Notes under the pieces: model-generated
Databases searched by the model: none
What the model was told of the DNA's origin: nothing
Seen by the model: only the letters and a program-made list of their open reading frames with translations
Origin: Candidatus Saccharimonadota bacterium
GTDB lineage: Bacteria > Patescibacteriota > Saccharimonadia > Saccharimonadales > UBA4665
Direction: 5' to 3'
DNA: 32,000 nt
Assembly: GCA_016700375.1 (NCBI GenBank)
Contig: CP065016.1
Span: 1,080,001-1,112,000 of the forward strand
Shown here: positions 16,320-24,585 of the stretch, piece by piece
How positions within the stretch are numbered: position 1 is the stretch's first letter
Layout: each line of letters opens with the position of its first letter
Translations under genes and position numbers: made by a program

Positions 16320-16624
16320 GCGATGTGGCGCTGGCAAAGCATAATCTGAACTTATGGTCGGTGTGTTTAATGACAACGTGCTGTAGGCTATAGAAGGCAA
16401 ATGTTTCTGGGGAGATGTATTTGAAATGACCGTCGTCGCCCTGCCTACAGAGGCATGAACACGGACATATATTTCATACATAACCCAGAGTAAAAACAAA
16501 CAACTGGCAAGGGTAAACCAAAACGTATGCTCAGGTTGGTAGTCAGTTCCTGGTATTTGACCGAGTACAATTGTTTCTTCTATAGACACGCTTACCACCT
16601 CTGTAAACAAGCTTAATGAGGTGG

Positions 16625-16653
16625 ATTATATCACATAATTACAAAATAATCAA
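16625..16653 (-). promoter_or_regulatory. Strong orphan promoter on the minus strand: TTGATT, 17-nt spacer, extended -10 TGaTATAAT
   Basis: Minus strand reads TTGATT (16653-16648), TG at 16633-16632 and TATAAT (16630-16625). It points into the 350-bp sbcB-distal spacer, where there is no well-supported gene. Confidence 0.5.
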
Positions 16654-16671
16654 TATAGTTATGTAAAATGT

Positions 16672-17085
16672 TTATGGTTTTGTTTTGCGTTTCCTGCGTT
16701 GCTTCAACGACTCGAGCCGCTCTCGGTTCATAAGCGCAATGAATGTTGCGGCAAAAAAGAAGCTTACGGCTATTGAAACCTGCCACCAAACGGCATGTGT
16801 CCACATCAGGTAGGCCGAGGTAACGTATAGCGTAAGAGCGACAATGTCATACGCCCATTGAGCGACGAGGTTCTTGGGGAACATTTTTTGAACGAACGTT
16901 CCGCCATTTTTTAGCACGTAATCACGTAGGTCTTGCGCCCATTTGTTGTGGATGCTCAGCAAGCCCAGCCCACCAATGAAAAGTGGCAATCCACCCGGTC
17001 CCGGCAGCCAGCCTGTTAACGCAGACGCAACGATGAGCAAATAGCCTGCCGTATCTACTAAAATTCTATTTTCGCGCCACTTCAT
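16672..17085 (-). CDS. Small membrane protein of the PGPGW family
   Basis: The WLPGPGGLPLFIGGLGLL motif and several TM helices. I prefer ATG 17085 (the track starts one codon earlier at GTG 17088). Confidence 0.75.
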   Translation of the reverse strand: MKWRENRILVDTAGYLLIVASALTGWLPGPGGLPLFIGGLGLLSIHNKWAQDLRDYVLKNGGTFVQKMFPKNLVAQWAYDIVALTLYVTSAYLMWTHAVWWQVSIAVSFFFAATFIALMNRERLESLKQRRKRKTKP

Positions 17086-17092
17086 CACCTGT

Positions 17093-17101
17093 ATTGTACC
17101 A
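17093..17101 (-). promoter_or_regulatory. Extended -10 element TGgTACAAT for the PGPGW gene
   Basis: Minus strand reads TGgTACAAT, then 7 nt, then ATG 17085. No SD. Confidence 0.5.
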
Positions 17102-17131
17102 GCTTGGCTAGAAAAAACCGCGCCGTTCGCG

Positions 17132-17137
17132 TATACT
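17132..17137 (+). promoter_or_regulatory. -10 box TATACT for uvrA
   Basis: A 10-nt gap with no SD precedes ATG 17148. Weak -35 TAGAAA lies 17 nt upstream. Confidence 0.4.
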
Positions 17138-17147
17138 ATACCGACTT

Positions 17148-19964
17148 ATGATGCATGAAAAGATAGTGGTAAAGGGTGCGCGGGAGCACAACCTCAAAAA
17201 CATAGACGTGACCCTGCCGCGCGAGAAGCTGGTGGTTATAACGGGGCTCAGCGGCTCCGGTAAATCGAGCCTGGCGTTCGACACCATTTACGCTGAAGGG
17301 CAGCGCCGCTACGTTGAGTCACTATCTGCCTACGCCCGGCAGTTTTTGGGTCTTATGGAAAAACCCGATGTCGACCAAATAGACGGACTAAGCCCGGCAA
17401 TCTCCATCGACCAAAAATCCACTTCGCGGAACCCCCGCAGCACCGTGGCAACGGTGACCGAAATATACGATTATTTACGCCTGTTGTTCGCGCGTATTGG
17501 TGTGCCGCACTGTCCGGTGTGTGGGAAGCCCGTTGCCCGGCAGACTACGGCGAACATTGTTGACCAAGTTATGCTTTCGCCAGAAGGGGCGCGGCTCATG
17601 ATACTCGCGCCAATCGTTATAGACAAAAAGGGGCAGTTCGAGCATATCCCCGAGCAGTATCAACGCGCTGGTTTTGCCCGTGTGCGGGTAGACGGCGTTG
17701 TATATGCCCTAGACGAATTTCCGGAGCTCGATAAAAACATCCGCCACACCATTCAGGTCGTGGTTGACCGTCTGGTAAACGACGATGCTTCACGCACGCG
17801 CCTCGCGCAAAGCGTCGAGCAGGCGCTCGATATTGCTGAGGGCAAGCTGGCTGTACTAAACGCCGACAGCGATGAGCTGCAAACCTATAGCCTTATGTAC
17901 GCCTGCATAGACCATCCCGAAGTAGCTATACCAGAGCTCGAACCGCGCACGTTTAGCTTCAATAGCCCGCATGGGGCATGCCCAACCTGCACTGGTCTGG
18001 GGAGCCGCTTGGTTGTTGACCCGGAGCTGGTCATTCCAAATGGTCGTCTCACCATTGCCGAAGGGGCAATTCGTCCGTACAACCGAATCAATATGGACAA
18101 TTGGTATGTGCGCAAACTTCAGGCCGTAGGCGACAAGCATGGTTTTACGCTGCATGAGCCGACCGCGCACATTTCTGAGGTCAATCTTCACCGCATTTTG
18201 TATGGCACCGGAGACGAAATATACAAAGTTTCACTTGGACACGGCCGCGCCTTTAACTCCACATATGAGGGTGTTATTCCAAATCTAGAGCGCCGGCACA
18301 AAGAAACCGAAAGTGATTTTATGCGCCGAGACATCGAACGCTTTATGCAGGAAAAGCCGTGTGCGGCCTGCGAGGGGCGGCGGCTCAAGCCCGAAGTTCT
18401 GGCAGTAACCATTGCCGGCCAGTCTATTATGGACATTTGCGAGCTTTCCATCGATGATGCACTTGACTACTTCAAGCACCTCCAGCTGAATGAGCTCGAA
18501 ATGAAAATTGCCAAACTGGTGCTCAAAGAAATCTCAGCTCGTTTGCAGTTTCTGCAAGATGTCGGGCTGAATTATCTCACGCTGCTCCGTTCGGCCACGA
18601 CGCTTTCTGGCGGTGAGGCGCAGCGTATCCGGCTGGCAACGCAAATCGGCTCTGGGCTCATGGGTGTGCTCTATGTGCTAGACGAGCCGAGTATCGGCCT
18701 GCACCAGCGCGACAATGGCCGGCTTATCACGACACTCAAGCGGCTACGCGACCTCGGCAATACCGTGCTGGTGGTTGAACACGACGAAGACACCATACGC
18801 ACCGCTGATTATTTGCTCGACATCGGTCCGGGTGCAGGTATACACGGCGGCCATGTAGTCGCGCACGGTACGCCTGCGGACGTCGAAAAGACCCCAGGCA
18901 GCATTACTGGCCAGTATCTTTCAGGTGTCAAGAAAATTGCTGTTCCGGCCAAACGCCGAAAGGGTAACGGCAAAACCATTTCCATCATCGGCGCGCGCGA
19001 AAACAATTTACAGAATGTGACAGTAGACATTCCGCTTGGTGAGCTGGTAGTGGTGAGCGGCGTGAGCGGCAGTGGCAAATCCAGTCTCATCAACGACATT
19101 TTGGCAAAAGAGCTGCAGGCACGCCTGCACCACGCTAGCACTGTACCTGGCCGTCACGACGACATTCAGGGGATTGAGCACCTCGATAAGGCTATCATTA
19201 TCGACCAGTCACCTATAGGCCGCACGCCGCGCAGCAACCCGGCCACATACACCGGCTTGTTTACCCCCATCCGTGAACTGTTTGCTGGCGTACCAGAAGC
19301 CAAGCTCCGAGGCTATTCACCCGGACGGTTTAGTTTCAATGTTAAAGGCGGTCGCTGCGAAAACTGCTCGGGCGACGGTATCATAAAAATAGAAATGCAC
19401 TTTTTGCCCGATGTGTACGTACCGTGCGAAGTCTGTCATGGCAAACGCTATAACCGCGAAGCGCTCGAAATCCACTACAAAGGCAAAACCATCAGCGACG
19501 TACTGGAAATGACCTGCGAGCAGGCGCTTGAGTTCTTTGAAAACATCCCCGCCATTGCCCGCAAACTTCAGACGCTGGTGGACGTTGGGCTCGGTTATAT
19601 AGCCCTCGGCCAACCGGCTACCACGCTCAGTGGCGGTGAGGCGCAGCGCATAAAACTTGCCAGCGAACTATCACGTCGACCCACCGGCCGCACGCTCTAC
19701 ATTTTAGACGAACCGACCACTGGCCTCCATATGGCCGATGTAGAAAAGCTGCTTCATGTGCTACACGCGCTCGTGACAGCCGGAAATAGCATGGTCGTTA
19801 TAGAGCACAACCTAGACGTCATAAAAAGTGCCGACTGGCTCATAGACATGGGTCCAGAGGGCGGCAACGCCGGCGGCACCATCGTCGCCGAAGGCACACC
19901 TGAACAAATTGCAAAAACGTCGCAATCTTACACTGGCCAATACTTAGCGCACATGCTGCGCTAG
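17148..19964 (+). CDS. uvrA: Excinuclease ABC subunit A
   Basis: Two ABC ATPase modules (GLSGSGKSS and GVSGSGKSS, two LSGGEAQR signatures) and zinc-finger Cys clusters. 938 aa. Confidence 0.97.
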   Translation: MMHEKIVVKGAREHNLKNIDVTLPREKLVVITGLSGSGKSSLAFDTIYAEGQRRYVESLSAYARQFLGLMEKPDVDQIDGLSPAISIDQKSTSRNPRSTVATVTEIYDYLRLLFARIGVPHCPVCGKPVARQTTANIVDQVMLSPEGARLMILAPIVIDKKGQFEHIPEQYQRAGFARVRVDGVVYALDEFPELDKNIRHTIQVVVDRLVNDDASRTRLAQSVEQALDIAEGKLAVLNADSDELQTYSLMYACIDHPEVAIPELEPRTFSFNSPHGACPTCTGLGSRLVVDPELVIPNGRLTIAEGAIRPYNRINMDNWYVRKLQAVGDKHGFTLHEPTAHISEVNLHRILYGTGDEIYKVSLGHGRAFNSTYEGVIPNLERRHKETESDFMRRDIERFMQEKPCAACEGRRLKPEVLAVTIAGQSIMDICELSIDDALDYFKHLQLNELEMKIAKLVLKEISARLQFLQDVGLNYLTLLRSATTLSGGEAQRIRLATQIGSGLMGVLYVLDEPSIGLHQRDNGRLITTLKRLRDLGNTVLVVEHDEDTIRTADYLLDIGPGAGIHGGHVVAHGTPADVEKTPGSITGQYLSGVKKIAVPAKRRKGNGKTISIIGARENNLQNVTVDIPLGELVVVSGVSGSGKSSLINDILAKELQARLHHASTVPGRHDDIQGIEHLDKAIIIDQSPIGRTPRSNPATYTGLFTPIRELFAGVPEAKLRGYSPGRFSFNVKGGRCENCSGDGIIKIEMHFLPDVYVPCEVCHGKRYNREALEIHYKGKTISDVLEMTCEQALEFFENIPAIARKLQTLVDVGLGYIALGQPATTLSGGEAQRIKLASELSRRPTGRTLYILDEPTTGLHMADVEKLLHVLHALVTAGNSMVVIEHNLDVIKSADWLIDMGPEGGNAGGTIVAEGTPEQIAKTSQSYTGQYLAHMLR

Positions 19965-19998
19965 TTTCCAATTTCCAATTTTTAGTTTTCGTTCAATT
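19964..19998. repeat. Left arm of heptad-repeat inverted flank around the four-helix-bundle gene
   Basis: gTTTCCAATTTCCAATTTTTAGTTTTCGTtcaatt. It is an imperfect reverse complement of 20427-20461. Confidence 0.6.
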
Positions 19999-20008
19999 AT
20001 GCATTGTG

Positions 20009-20368
20009 TTATTGGCGCAAAGTCGTAGTGATTTTTTGAAAAATCAGGACGAGTTCATGACACTCTTGCCACAGCGTGCGTAAGTCATCTTTTTTCTCAG
20101 GCATTGCCGCTCCCATCATCCTCAGCCAATGTTGGGTCTCTTGTGCTTCTTTTTTGCAAATATGTATCTTGTTGCGAAAATCTTTTCGTGAGCTGGCGCC
20201 ATTTGCCTCCATATAGTTTGCGCCAATACTCGTCGACGAACGTATGAGCTGGTCAACCAGTGGTCGAGAAATGGGTGTCAGTTTTGTAGCAGAGCAAAAG
20301 ACAATGACCGCTTCACCAAATTTTGCCGTTCGCTCCTCTAACTGATATTTAGCACTAACATCTGGCAT
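20009..20368 (-). CDS. Four-helix-bundle protein (23S rRNA intervening-sequence protein / Avd-like family)
   Basis: A 119-aa helical protein with the family-typical LIRSSTSIGANYMEANGASSRKDFRNKIHICKKEAQETQHWL segment. Confidence 0.85.
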   Translation of the reverse strand: MPDVSAKYQLEERTAKFGEAVIVFCSATKLTPISRPLVDQLIRSSTSIGANYMEANGASSRKDFRNKIHICKKEAQETQHWLRMMGAAMPEKKDDLRTLWQECHELVLIFQKITTTLRQ

Positions 20369-20426
20369 ATATCAGATTTTAGCGCTCTAGGTACTCATTC
20401 CAAAGCATAATCAATTAAAAATGATA

Positions 20427-20461
20427 ACTGAATGAAAACCGAAAACTGAAAATTGAAAACT
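20427..20461. repeat. Right arm: four tandem heptads GAAAAYY (20434-20461) in inverted orientation to the left arm
   Basis: aactgaatGAAAACCGAAAACTGAAAATTGAAAACT. Confidence 0.6.
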
Positions 20462-20479
20462 ACAATCTACCCAGGATTA

Positions 20480-21154
20480 CTATTTTTTCTCTGTAGATTT
20501 CGCCTGGGATTTTTCACTCATGCTTCTTGACTCATGCCTCTTGACTCTGCTGCGAAGCAGCTTGGCGCGGATTTTGGGATCTTTTAGGGCGTGGTATATG
20601 GTCGGGAGAAGGGTCACGAGAATAATGCCAATCAGAACTGGTTCTATATAGTGCTCTACTCCTGGTATGCGGGAGCCAACATAGTAGCCGAGTAGAGTAA
20701 TACTGGCTGCCCACGCTATGTCGCCGATGGCATCGTATATGACGAACTGTTTGTAGTCCATCTTGCCCGCACCTGCAGTAACAGGGGCAAATGAGCGGAC
20801 AATTGGTATAAAGTGAGCAACGAGCATTGTTTTTGTGCCCCATTTTTCATAAAATTTTTCAGCCTTCATAATGAGGTCTTTGCGGAAGATGAGGCCATCC
20901 TCTTTTTTGAATAGCCGTGGTCCGAGCTTGCGACCGATGTGATAGCCCGTGTTGTCGCCGATTATGGCTGCGGCAGCAATGACTACTATGGTCCATACTA
21001 TGGGAAGCTGGTCGGCGGCCGCCAGTATGCCCGCGCTAAAAAGCAGGGTATCACCCGGGAAAAAGAAACCGACCATCATACCGCTTTCGGCAAAAATGAT
21101 GAGGAAGAGTATGAGTAGCCCGCCTGTGCGGACAATTTCCGTAAAATCAAGCAT
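20480..21154 (-). CDS. DedA/VTT-domain membrane protein
   Basis: FFPGDTLLF, NTGYHIGRKLG and HFIPIVRSFAPVTAG motifs, with multiple TM helices. Confidence 0.9.
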   Translation of the reverse strand: MLDFTEIVRTGGLLILFLIIFAESGMMVGFFFPGDTLLFSAGILAAADQLPIVWTIVVIAAAAIIGDNTGYHIGRKLGPRLFKKEDGLIFRKDLIMKAEKFYEKWGTKTMLVAHFIPIVRSFAPVTAGAGKMDYKQFVIYDAIGDIAWAASITLLGYYVGSRIPGVEHYIEPVLIGIILVTLLPTIYHALKDPKIRAKLLRSRVKRHESRSMSEKSQAKSTEKK

Positions 21155-21161
21155 TACGGCT

Positions 21162-21167
21162 ATTGTA
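21162..21167 (-). promoter_or_regulatory. -10 box TACAAT for dedA
   Basis: Minus strand reads TACAAT, then 7 nt, then ATG 21154. No SD. Confidence 0.4.
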
Positions 21168-21194
21168 CCGCAGCTTCGTTTTTTGGCCTAACAG

Positions 21195-21203
21195 TGGTAT
21201 ACT
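21195..21203 (+). promoter_or_regulatory. Extended -10 element TGgTATACT for rplY (leadered, SD-dependent)
   Basis: It is followed by a leader of about 28 nt containing AAGGAG, then ATG 21232. Confidence 0.5.
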
Positions 21204-21231
21204 AGGGTTCTGACTATAAAAGGAGAAATAC

Positions 21232-21921
21232 ATGTCGGATGCTATTACATTACTAGTAGAGCCGCGTGACACACTTGGTAAGGGTGTGAAACGCCTAAGA
21301 AAAACAGGCGTTGTCCCTGCGGTCATCCATGACCACGGCAAAGATTCCATTCATATCCAGGCAGAATACCAGGCTCTAGCCAAGGCCTTTCATCAAGCAG
21401 GTCGTCACCACCCAGTAGAACTGAAAGTGGGGGACAAGAAGTATACTGCGCTTATCCGCAGTGCAGCGTTTGACCCACGCCTTGGTACCATTACGCACGT
21501 TGTCTTTAATGCCGTGAGCGCAAACCAGAAGGTTGATGCCGAAATTCCTGTTGCGCCTCGGTACGCCGAAGGCAACGAAGCGAGCCCAGCTGAACGCGCT
21601 GGCCTCATTGTTTTGACTCAGCTAGACACCGTCGAGGTGAAAGCGCTGCCAAAAGATTTGCCCGACCAGCTATTCTATGACGCCGAAAAACTCGTAGCAG
21701 TTGGCGACCAGATAACCGTAGCCGACCTAGAAGTGCCGGCAGGTGTGGTTGTTGAGACAGAACCAAACCACTCGCTCGCAACCGTGTTTGAGCCAAGCGC
21801 ACTTGCTGCGGCTAACGATGAAGCTGGCGGTGACGCCGAAGAAGCCGCTCCAGCCGCCGAAGTCGCCGAAGGCGCTGAAGGCGAAGCGCCAGCCGCCGAA
21901 GCCGAGGCTCCCAAAGAATAA
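21232..21921 (+). CDS. rplY: 50S ribosomal protein L25 / general stress protein Ctc form, with an Ala/Glu-rich C-terminal tail
   Basis: RDTLGKGVKRLRKTGVVPAVIH N-terminus and two-domain length. The tail reads EEAAPAAEVAEGAEGEAPAAEAEAPKE. Confidence 0.9.
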   Translation: MSDAITLLVEPRDTLGKGVKRLRKTGVVPAVIHDHGKDSIHIQAEYQALAKAFHQAGRHHPVELKVGDKKYTALIRSAAFDPRLGTITHVVFNAVSANQKVDAEIPVAPRYAEGNEASPAERAGLIVLTQLDTVEVKALPKDLPDQLFYDAEKLVAVGDQITVADLEVPAGVVVETEPNHSLATVFEPSALAAANDEAGGDAEEAAPAAEVAEGAEGEAPAAEAEAPKE

Positions 21922-22060
21922 CCTGTTAATGAGCAGCCAGCAAGTCCTGTTACTGGCAAAAGTTGGTACTGTGTTCGTTGGAACAGCTCATCTTGAATTA
22001 GTTTGGTAGTAACTCGAATTCCATTAGGCCACAACAGATAGTGTAGCTCCCCCCGTCATT

Positions 22061-22088
22061 AAAAAGAGCCACGTTAGTGGCTCTTTTT
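22061..22088. terminator. Perfect 12-bp stem hairpin with A5/T5 flanks (bidirectional intrinsic-terminator shape) inside the IS left end
   Basis: aaaaagagccac gtta gtggctcttttt. It is immediately followed by TGgTATGGT (22088-22096), a candidate transposase promoter. Confidence 0.6.
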
Positions 22089-22140
22089 GGTATGGTGAAG
22101 TTGTTCGTCAAAACAAAACAGTAAAAACAAGGAGTTCTTA

Positions 22141-23067
22141 ATGCAGTTTGCTTCCCTTACCGATGAGGATAATACCATGGTTTTAATTGGTCTGTACGAT
22201 GTGGTGTGGGATTTCCATCAAGCATTGCTGCGAAAGCTGCCGCCGTCGTTGCCTATGCCAGATCAAACCCATCCACCAACCAGAAAGACCAAATTGCCGA
22301 TGGCCATGCTCGTATCCCTCATCCTGTTCAAGTTCTTCACTGGCCACAGATCCTGGAAGGATTACTATCGCTATCTCAAATCTCATCATCACGGCGTTAC
22401 TGTTGGCAACCTGCCAACGTATAAAAACTTCATGCGTTCAGTACATAACCTGACAGGGTATGCACTCGTATTCCTGGAAGTGATCCGTAAACACTGCAAA
22501 CAAGGCGTTAGCTTGCAATGCGCTGACAGTACCAAGCTGGCAGTCTGCAACATCAAACGGGAGTTCACCCATAAAGTGACGCTTGGCATGGCGACCAAGA
22601 GCAAGAGTACCATGGGGTGGTACTATGGGTTTAAGCTACACCTTGTCGTAGACAAAGAGGGACAGATATTGGCCTGGCGAATTACTACCGCCACGGTTGA
22701 TGATCGTAAGGGCTTGAGTCTGGTTTGGAGCGAACTGACCGGCATGATTGTAGCAGATGCCGGATATCTGGGGAGTAACTGGCAAGAGGTAGCAAAAGAT
22801 TTGGGCTTGAGGCTGCTCACAGGAGTAAAGAAGATCATGAGAAAGCTGATGAGCAAGTGGGAATACTTTCTACGCAAGGCCAGAGGTAGAGTTGAGACTA
22901 CATTTTCAGTACTCAAGCTTAGGCTTGGGCTTGAGACCAGTCTGCCAAGATCAGTTATGGGCTTCTTTGCTCATTATGTGTGGTGTTTACTGGCATACCA
23001 GCTGAGACGCATGGGACAGCTGGAATCCCAAGCCAAACAAGCATTGTTAACAGATGGGGTGGCCTAA
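22141..23067 (+). CDS. IS982-family DDE transposase
   Basis: ADSTKLAVCN, MGWYYGFKLHLVVD, VADAGYLG and RGRVETTFSVLK match the IS982 D-D-E layout. SD AAGGAG lies 7 nt upstream. The stop lies in the right IR. Confidence 0.9.
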   Translation: MQFASLTDEDNTMVLIGLYDVVWDFHQALLRKLPPSLPMPDQTHPPTRKTKLPMAMLVSLILFKFFTGHRSWKDYYRYLKSHHHGVTVGNLPTYKNFMRSVHNLTGYALVFLEVIRKHCKQGVSLQCADSTKLAVCNIKREFTHKVTLGMATKSKSTMGWYYGFKLHLVVDKEGQILAWRITTATVDDRKGLSLVWSELTGMIVADAGYLGSNWQEVAKDLGLRLLTGVKKIMRKLMSKWEYFLRKARGRVETTFSVLKLRLGLETSLPRSVMGFFAHYVWCLLAYQLRRMGQLESQAKQALLTDGVA

Positions 23068-23156
23068 TGGAATTCGGGTTAGTACAAATCTAATGTTACG
23101 AGTTGTTCCATTTTAATGAACAGAGCAACCAAAACTATTCACAAATAAATTCGCCA

Positions 23157-23165
23157 TGCTATAAT
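23157..23165 (+). promoter_or_regulatory. Extended -10 element TGcTATAAT upstream of the PRTase-LOG cassette
   Basis: It lies in a 165-bp AT-rich spacer and overlaps the 7-2-7 inverted repeat ataataa-tg-ttattat (23164-23179). The leader to ATG 23260 is about 88 nt. Confidence 0.45.
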
Positions 23166-23259
23166 AATAATGTTATTATATAACATGTTGTTTGAATACA
23201 ATAGTCCAAACACTGGCTACTTTTTCTAGATTAGAAATAACTGACACGGAGTTGGAATA

Positions 23260-23949
23260 ATGAATCGATTAGAGATTACACACCCCAACGAATGGGAGCG
23301 ATTAGATGATTGCCTACGCGAATCGTTGGTCCATATAACGGTACCTCATGGTACTGCATGCTGGTTGATTGATCGTAATTTTGAGGCAGTTGCGACAGCC
23401 GCAACAAGACTTGAAGCAGGTATATTGCCTATCAATCTTGAGAGGGTTGCAAAAAGACTTTACGACGATATTAATGAACCAGAAATGTTGTTTGTTGCCG
23501 TAGGCAATAGTGCAAAGGATATCACAGGTTATTGGCCTACTAGCAGCCACATCATAAAGCAAGAAGTAGCCCTAGAGGTCGAGAGCCGCCACCGCGAAGA
23601 GCGAGTCTTACGTGCTCAGCCACTGGAAATAGTGGGAAGAGTAGGGTTGATTGACGACGTAGCCGTAAGTGGACGAACAATTGAATATGCCGCCGCAGTG
23701 CTAAAGTGCACGGATCTGGCCCTGGTAGGTGTTGGGCTCGCATGGGATTCTCGCCGTTTGACGCGTCGACTGGGTGGAGTCCCACTCACCGCTGCTATAA
23801 CGTACAGACAGCACGGGGGAGGAAGGCCAGCTGTTAATTCATTCGGAACATTTGTAGAGAAACCGTTTGTTGCTTCAGACTATGCTTCAAGAAGATTTGA
23901 CAATAGCAGGGCACTGGAGCCACTAATAGAAATATATAAGGAGGGATAA
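23260..23949 (+). CDS. Phosphoribosyltransferase-like protein (type I PRTase fold), divergent
   Basis: PRPP-binding loop GRVGLIDDVAVSGRTIEYA. SD GGAG at 23248-23251. I could not read substrate specificity. Confidence 0.75.
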   Translation: MNRLEITHPNEWERLDDCLRESLVHITVPHGTACWLIDRNFEAVATAATRLEAGILPINLERVAKRLYDDINEPEMLFVAVGNSAKDITGYWPTSSHIIKQEVALEVESRHREERVLRAQPLEIVGRVGLIDDVAVSGRTIEYAAAVLKCTDLALVGVGLAWDSRRLTRRLGGVPLTAAITYRQHGGGRPAVNSFGTFVEKPFVASDYASRRFDNSRALEPLIEIYKEG

Positions 23950-23953
23950 ATAC

Positions 23954-24496
23954 ATGAAAAAACCACAAATTGCTGTTATAGGCTCCGCTGGCCCCGAGGA
24001 ATATCCGCACAAAAAACCGCTAGATGCCATGTTTTCCGCAGCAAGACAGATAGGAGAGCAGCTTGCGCAACAGCAATGTATTGTTGTCTGTGGCGGTAAG
24101 GGCGGGATCATGGAGGCAGTCAGCGCAGGCGCAAAAGCCTACGGAGGCACGACAGTCGGCGAAATTGCGGGCGATGATAGATTTGCAGGAAACGACTACA
24201 TTGATGTTGAGGTGGTAACAACTGATGTTGGTTTTCGGGGGCCTTCACTACTCATAGGTATGAGCGACGTTATTATTTCTCTGGGGGGTGGCGCAGGTAC
24301 CCTCCAAGAACTTGCTGTCGCCTATCGGATGAAGAAACCCATTATACTACTCAAAGGGTATGGTGGTTGGACAGACAGAATCACGACAAAATATTTGGAT
24401 GAGAGGAAACTTGTACCATTCATCATTACTCATCGTCCAGAAAAGGCCGTACAGCTTGCGGTTAATGTAGCTCAGGGTCTTATAGACGCTACATAA
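23954..24496 (+). CDS. LOG/SLOG-superfamily protein (TIGR00725-like Rossmann fold; predicted nucleotide phosphoribohydrolase or nucleotide-binding protein)
   Basis: IAVIGSAG, VVCGGKGGIMEAVSAGA and LGGGAGTLQE (the GGGxGTxxE LOG motif). SD AAGGAGGG is embedded in the last PRTase codons, with a 4-nt intergenic gap. Confidence 0.85.
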   Translation: MKKPQIAVIGSAGPEEYPHKKPLDAMFSAARQIGEQLAQQQCIVVCGGKGGIMEAVSAGAKAYGGTTVGEIAGDDRFAGNDYIDVEVVTTDVGFRGPSLLIGMSDVIISLGGGAGTLQELAVAYRMKKPIILLKGYGGWTDRITTKYLDERKLVPFIITHRPEKAVQLAVNVAQGLIDAT

Positions 24497-24585
24497 GCCG
24501 TCCTGCTTGGTGGTTAAGCCGAAACCTGTGCTGCGTACATTTATGTCACGTAGAGATGGGCGGTCGAGAACGTCATGTACGTTGT

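Larger units (their letters stand above)
21997..23094 (+). mobile_element. IS982-family insertion sequence (about 1.1 kb)
   Basis: Imperfect terminal inverted repeats. The 27-bp core has 2 mismatches (22006-32, gtagtaactcgaattccattaggccac, versus the reverse complement of 23059-23085). With indels the repeats extend to 21997 and 23094. It encloses a single DDE transposase gene. No clear target duplication was seen. Confidence 0.8.

Noticed and set aside
15999-16610. A 203-aa minus-strand ORF as a protein-coding gene
   Set aside because: It overlaps the 3' end of sbcB by 321 nt, uses a TTG start 14 nt from the -10, and its overlapping part looks like antisense translation. I kept it only as a finding about the orphan promoter, not as a CDS call.
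20009-20368. A diversity-generating retroelement around the Avd-like gene
   Set aside because: There is no reverse transcriptase ORF and no template/variable repeat pair anywhere in the window.
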